Assembly (NCBI GenBank): GCA_043804895.1
Contig: JAZDIN010000038.1
Span: forward strand, 1 to 10,723
Direction: 5' to 3'
Source of the DNA: Candidatus Altiarchaeota archaeon
GTDB taxonomy: Archaea > Altiarchaeota > Altiarchaeia > IMC4 > SCGC-AAA252-I15
DNA length: 10,723 bases
In this document: one piece after another, positions 6,803-10,723 of the stretch
How the letters are laid out: the number at the start of each line of letters is the position of its first letter
Position numbering within the stretch: the first letter of the stretch is position 1
The notes under the pieces: generated by a model
The model's input: only the letters and a program-made list of their open reading frames with translations
The model's database searches: none
Told to the model about the DNA's origin: nothing
Program-made: the position numbers and the translations under genes

Positions 6803-9800
6803 CTATTCTACTAGGTCAGACCAGTCGTCATCTGACAGTATTCGTAATCCCGAGCCTGGTTTGTCTTGACTTGGGGGTGGCGGCCGGTAAGGTGGTTCCT
6901 CCTCCAGTTGCTGTAGGCTTGAACCGCACGGCGTTTCTATAAGGCCCCCTCCCCCTAAAACATCGCTGTAGATTGTTACATTACGACTTTCCTTGAGTTT
7001 GTATGCGCATATGCCCCGCATATGTGAGATATTAATGCCTACCTTATTCGCCTTTTCTCTAAGGGCTCTGTCGAACTCTTCGATGTATTCCTCCCTTTCC
7101 GGATAGCTTTTCTCCGGCATCAATAGCGGTTGGTTCATTACTCCCCTTATGCACCTGAAAACTTCACGAGCTTCCACGTCACTAACCCCAACCAACTCCC
7201 CTTTTTCATCATACAATGGCGGGCCGATAATGAACTGCTTGGAAAAAGCGTCTGCAGGGTAACTGGGGAGGGCTTTGTTCTGGTCTGTCCCTTCAGTCCA
7301 CCTCTGGCATGTTCGAACAGGTCTTGTGCCCACCTGAATCATGTCAAAAAGGTCGTCTGTCTCAACTAACGCCCTAGTGCCTGTTTTCTTCCCCGACTCT
7401 GTTCTAAACTCCTCTTGGAAGTTTTCCATGTCCACCTGCGGTTCCTTAAGCTTTAATTCGGTAAGCGACTGTCTCACTGATCTCACCCAATCCATAGTCT
7501 TGTGTGCCGGGATGCTGGGGTCATCCATGGCCTTTCTCAATGAAATGAACCTCTCCGCCAGCACTCTTTGCGAATCCAACCTCGCGTATCTCTTCCACAT
7601 CTCTTTTCTTTCGCTATCACCTACAGTCCCCCTTATCCTATCTTTGAGGCTCCTCGTTTCCTCTTTAACTCTATTTACATATTCCTCGGAAATGTTAATG
7701 CCAAGCTCATCTTTCACGTGTCTTTCCGTGCTTTCTAAGATGCCATTCAGCGCCTTAAGCTTGCTTTTTTGTGACGGTGGTATGACATAGATTATCTTAG
7801 CGGAATCTTTACTCCACTCCCTCCTCTGTTCCTCCGTCAGGAACTCCAACTGTTCTGCCCCCTGGCCTCCATACCTCCACTCTTTCCATCTGCCTTCGAC
7901 ATAAGGCTTTATCATCTCCGTAATTAAACTCATTTGTCTTTCAGGCATGAAACTGGATAAACTGGATAGTATCTCCAGTAAATTTGTTTCAGTGGCTGCT
8001 GGATGCTCAGACAGCAACTTCTTGTGTTTTTTACTCAAACCGAGTCTTTTAGTACTGATGCCCATTGCTTTGTCAACAAGCTTTTTTTTGTAATCAACTG
8101 GTTGTTCGAATTTAGGATAATAATCCTCTCCAAGATTTCTCAGGGTCATGGTCCATTGTATTATGGAATCTGCCTCTCCTCCTGTCACACCTTCCAGATT
8201 CTTTAGAAGTTCCCCTTTGGGTCTCGTCCACATATTGCCTACGTAGTGGACTAAGTGTCTAATAGCGTCTTTGTTGCGTGATACTGACTCCCAGTCTAAC
8301 TTAAGGTTTTTCCCATCAAACTCTGGGATGCTCTTCAAGCACAGGAACACAGGCAATGGGATGTGCTCGTTTTCTCTAACCTCCTCTGGCGAAGATTTAA
8401 CATTGCTGACGCAACTGTTGAATACATTCCAAAAGTCATACTCTAATCTGCCGAGCGAAGTCAGTTTAGAACCTACGTACTTCAAATCACCCAGGTTCTT
8501 TATAACTCCTGCACTGCAGCATGCAGACACTCCATTCCACACAACCTGCTCTCCATTTTCATACTTCCTGGCAGTTATTCCAATCAGTATTTTTCCAGCA
8601 GCTTCTACCTCCTCTAAGTCTTTGATTGCTCTAGCGTCGACTAACCTCCCCAAAGCATACAATACTGCACCCGAGTTTTCCCCCGAATCCTCTACTATGT
8701 GCTTTAGGGTCTCATCTGCTTTCTTAATCGTTTCAGCGTCCTTTACAATACCAGTTCTTGCGAATGCGGGTAATATCGATCGCAATACATCCTCCTTAGC
8801 TTTCTCATCCACTACAGTTAACCCCTTCAACGCTCCACCTAACTCTAACATGGTTGGTATGTCCTTGAGCATACCTACTTCTGCAAAAGCTGGTAGGGTG
8901 TGCACTAACACCTCATTGCTATTCTCCCCCATGTCATCCGATATGCTCACTAACGCATCACCAGCTTCCTTTAGCATGCGCATGTTCTCATCGTTATCAC
9001 CGTAGTCCTTCACTATCCCTGCTGTTGCGCAGGCTCTCAGTCCACAATCCATCATGTTGTATTCGTACCCTATGTCCTGCTTTTTCCGAGATGCTTTTTC
9101 CACAATCCTATTCAATACCTTCCCAGCTTTCAGCAGTGACTTCTGGTCCCCTTCTTTGTATATTCCAACTTCCTTGCAAAGTGGCAAACCATATCTTAAG
9201 ACTGGTATAACCTCCCCCTTTGAATCGCGAATAATCTCCTTAACGGTTCTTAATGTTTCATTGTCTGTGATGACTCCCCCCTCCCTGCAATCGCTCAGAC
9301 CATGAATAACAATGCTATAAACATCCTCTCGCGACAGTGGCAACTCTATTATCTCCTTTAATATCCTCAATGACTCGTTGTCCCTTATAATCCCTGCGCG
9401 TTTGCATATACTCAAGCCATCTTGAATCATATTGTCACATTTATCTCCAGAAGCTTCGACTATGTCCCTGATTATTGCAAGCGACTGAACATCCGTAATC
9501 ACGCCTTCTTTTGCGCAAGCGCTTAGTCCGCCTCTCAGCACATATGCGTCCTTTTCCCCGGCCGATTTCTCAATCCCCTCGATGTGTTCCGAGCCTAGAA
9601 TCATAATGTCCTCTACGCCTGCATAATCCTTAAAGTCAAGGGCGCCATAATGTCTCTCCCTAATCCCATCAATCCTCTTAAGATGCTGTTTTAGTGTCCC
9701 ACTGTCAACTTTTGACAGTTTTTCAGCCGTTCTTTCCGCAGCTTCAGGGCTTAAACCCAGTTTTTGGAGTTTTCTCTTTAGTTGTTGGGATGGCATGGTG

Positions 9801-9868
9801 TTAGGCAGATTCCCCCCGATGTCCGTAGGGCTCTCATCCACTCTAACGCCAACTACGTTTTGCATCAT
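6803..9868 (-). CDS. Large hypothetical protein: nine tandem helical repeats plus a C-terminal Cys-containing putative enzymatic domain
   Basis: 1021-aa uninterrupted ORF with repeats at aa ~110-472. The C-terminal region has WKEWRY, ETDDLFDMIQVGTRPVRTCQ, NKALPSYPAD, AREVFR, EKSY and YSD. A TATA box sits at canonical distance upstream. Confidence 0.85.
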   Translation of the reverse strand: MMQNVVGVRVDESPTDIGGNLPNTMPSQQLKRKLQKLGLSPEAAERTAEKLSKVDSGTLKQHLKRIDGIRERHYGALDFKDYAGVEDIMILGSEHIEGIEKSAGEKDAYVLRGGLSACAKEGVITDVQSLAIIRDIVEASGDKCDNMIQDGLSICKRAGIIRDNESLRILKEIIELPLSREDVYSIVIHGLSDCREGGVITDNETLRTVKEIIRDSKGEVIPVLRYGLPLCKEVGIYKEGDQKSLLKAGKVLNRIVEKASRKKQDIGYEYNMMDCGLRACATAGIVKDYGDNDENMRMLKEAGDALVSISDDMGENSNEVLVHTLPAFAEVGMLKDIPTMLELGGALKGLTVVDEKAKEDVLRSILPAFARTGIVKDAETIKKADETLKHIVEDSGENSGAVLYALGRLVDARAIKDLEEVEAAGKILIGITARKYENGEQVVWNGVSACCSAGVIKNLGDLKYVGSKLTSLGRLEYDFWNVFNSCVSNVKSSPEEVRENEHIPLPVFLCLKSIPEFDGKNLKLDWESVSRNKDAIRHLVHYVGNMWTRPKGELLKNLEGVTGGEADSIIQWTMTLRNLGEDYYPKFEQPVDYKKKLVDKAMGISTKRLGLSKKHKKLLSEHPAATETNLLEILSSLSSFMPERQMSLITEMIKPYVEGRWKEWRYGGQGAEQLEFLTEEQRREWSKDSAKIIYVIPPSQKSKLKALNGILESTERHVKDELGINISEEYVNRVKEETRSLKDRIRGTVGDSERKEMWKRYARLDSQRVLAERFISLRKAMDDPSIPAHKTMDWVRSVRQSLTELKLKEPQVDMENFQEEFRTESGKKTGTRALVETDDLFDMIQVGTRPVRTCQRWTEGTDQNKALPSYPADAFSKQFIIGPPLYDEKGELVGVSDVEAREVFRCIRGVMNQPLLMPEKSYPEREEYIEEFDRALREKANKVGINISHMRGICAYKLKESRNVTIYSDVLGGGGLIETPCGSSLQQLEEEPPYRPPPPSQDKPGSGLRILSDDDWSDLVE
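8453..9541 (-). repeat. Protein-level tandem repeat, 9 units of 37-49 aa
   Basis: Unit starts: VLRGGLSACAKEGVITD, MIQDGLSICKRAGIIRD, IVIHGLSDCREGGVITD, VLRYGLPLCKEVGIYKE, MMDCGLRACATAGIVKD, VLVHTLPAFAEVGMLKD, VLRSILPAFARTGIVKD, VLYALGRLVDARAIKD, VVWNGVSACCSAGVIKN. Confidence 0.9.
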
Positions 9869-9884
9869 TCTATTCTACGCATGA

Positions 9885-10723
9885 TTAGGCTATATACGTT
9901 TTCTGGTGGCTTTTTTTGAATGGTATTAGCATTAGGTTCCAGGGTAGTTCGTAGGCTATTACTGCTAGTGTGATTTTGGGGTTGAAGTATTGGGTTGAGA
10001 AGACTATTGCGAGGCTTAGGTTGTTGTAGGCTGAGGAGACTGATGATGCTATTTTGTCCTCCCTCCTCAGCCAGTATATCCTTGCCCACCCTATGGTGTG
10101 GAGGGCGGCTGATATGAGGAACATGTAGATTGTGAAGACTATTATCTCGCCTAGGTTCTGGAATATCTGCGTCGAATATTTGGCGAGTGGGGCCATGACG
10201 ATGGGCATGAGGAGTATGATTGTGACTCCGCTGTAGTATCTCTTCGTTTCCTCAATCTGCTTCTTTGCCGCATTCCTCACGACTACTGCGGCCGCGAATG
10301 GGAGGAATATTATCTTAGCGAGGCTGAGCATCATCGACTCGGCTGAGACTGTCAGGTTTTCCCCTAGAGCATAATGCATCACGAGCGGTATGGTGAACGG
10401 GCACAGGAGCGATGTGAAGGTGGTTATGACGAGGGCCAGCGACACGTTCCCCTTCGAAAGGTCGGTGAGCGTCGGCCCAGCCATCGCAGCGGGTATGGCT
10501 GTTAGTATGAGCACTGCAACGGCCAGCTCCTGGCTGATTACGCTGGTGGTGTAGAATAGTATTAAGGGGACTGCTATGAGTTGTGTTAGCGTAAGGTATC
10601 CGATGAGCATCGGATTCTTGAGGTGGTGGAGCACGTCGCCGTAGTCTATCTTCAGGCAACTGAGGAAGAGCATGAACGCGATGCAGTGTATCACATACGG
10701 CTGGAAGAGGATGCCGAAGTCAG
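9885..10723 (-). CDS. Bile acid:sodium symporter (BASS/SBF) family transporter, 5'-truncated by the window edge
   Basis: Multiple hydrophobic helices with QLIAVP, AIPAAMAGPTLTDLSKGNVSLALVITTFTSLLCPFTIP and a late NNLSLA motif typical of BASS. The frame stays open upstream of GTG 10694 to the window end (..DFGILFQPYVIHC..), so the true start lies outside the window. Confidence 0.88.
   Translation of the reverse strand, partial: DFGILFQPYVIHCIAFMLFLSCLKIDYGDVLHHLKNPMLIGYLTLTQLIAVPLILFYTTSVISQELAVAVLILTAIPAAMAGPTLTDLSKGNVSLALVITTFTSLLCPFTIPLVMHYALGENLTVSAESMMLSLAKIIFLPFAAAVVVRNAAKKQIEETKRYYSGVTIILLMPIVMAPLAKYSTQIFQNLGEIIVFTIYMFLISAALHTIGWARIYWLRREDKIASSVSSAYNNLSLAIVFSTQYFNPKITLAVIAYELPWNLMLIPFKKSHQKTYIA
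9891..9904 (-). promoter_or_regulatory. Putative BRE/TATA promoter for the 1021-aa gene, embedded in the last codons of the symporter gene
   Basis: The minus strand reads AGAAAACG-TATATA, with TATATA at 9896-9891, 22 nt before ATG 9868. Confidence 0.55.

Noticed and set aside
7130-9305. Plus-strand ORFs (7130, 7341, 8003, 8271, 9025, 9054)
   Set aside because: Antisense shadows of the 1021-aa gene, with the Ser/Phe/Leu-rich composition expected opposite a Glu/Lys-rich protein.
9865-10659. Minus-strand ORFs 9865-10089 and 10315-10659
   Set aside because: Alternative frames within the BASS symporter gene. The symporter frame is intact, so no frameshift is needed.

Overview
Archaeal genomic window. 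gatE is archaea-specific, and several genes have TATA-like boxes about 20-22 nt before their start codons. The finer lineage, possibly DPANN/Altiarchaeota-like, is only a guess. Housekeeping-type genes (partial TOPRIM protein, DUF2283 protein, gatE, partial BASS/SBF symporter) are interleaved with three unusual accessory genes. These are a class I SAM-methyltransferase-like protein with an N-terminal extension, a 1005-aa fusion of a complete DUF1015 domain to a SelO/kinase-like domain, and a 1021-aa protein with nine helical repeats plus a Cys-containing putative enzymatic domain. Directly upstream of the gatE start codon is a ~100-bp non-coding element made of two related GC-rich hairpins. 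It resembles the joined ends of an IS200/IS605-family element and can also form mutually exclusive stems. A degenerate half-copy of it lies 3.3 kb away, just after the DUF1015 fusion gene. All family calls come from motif recognition by eye, with no database searches.
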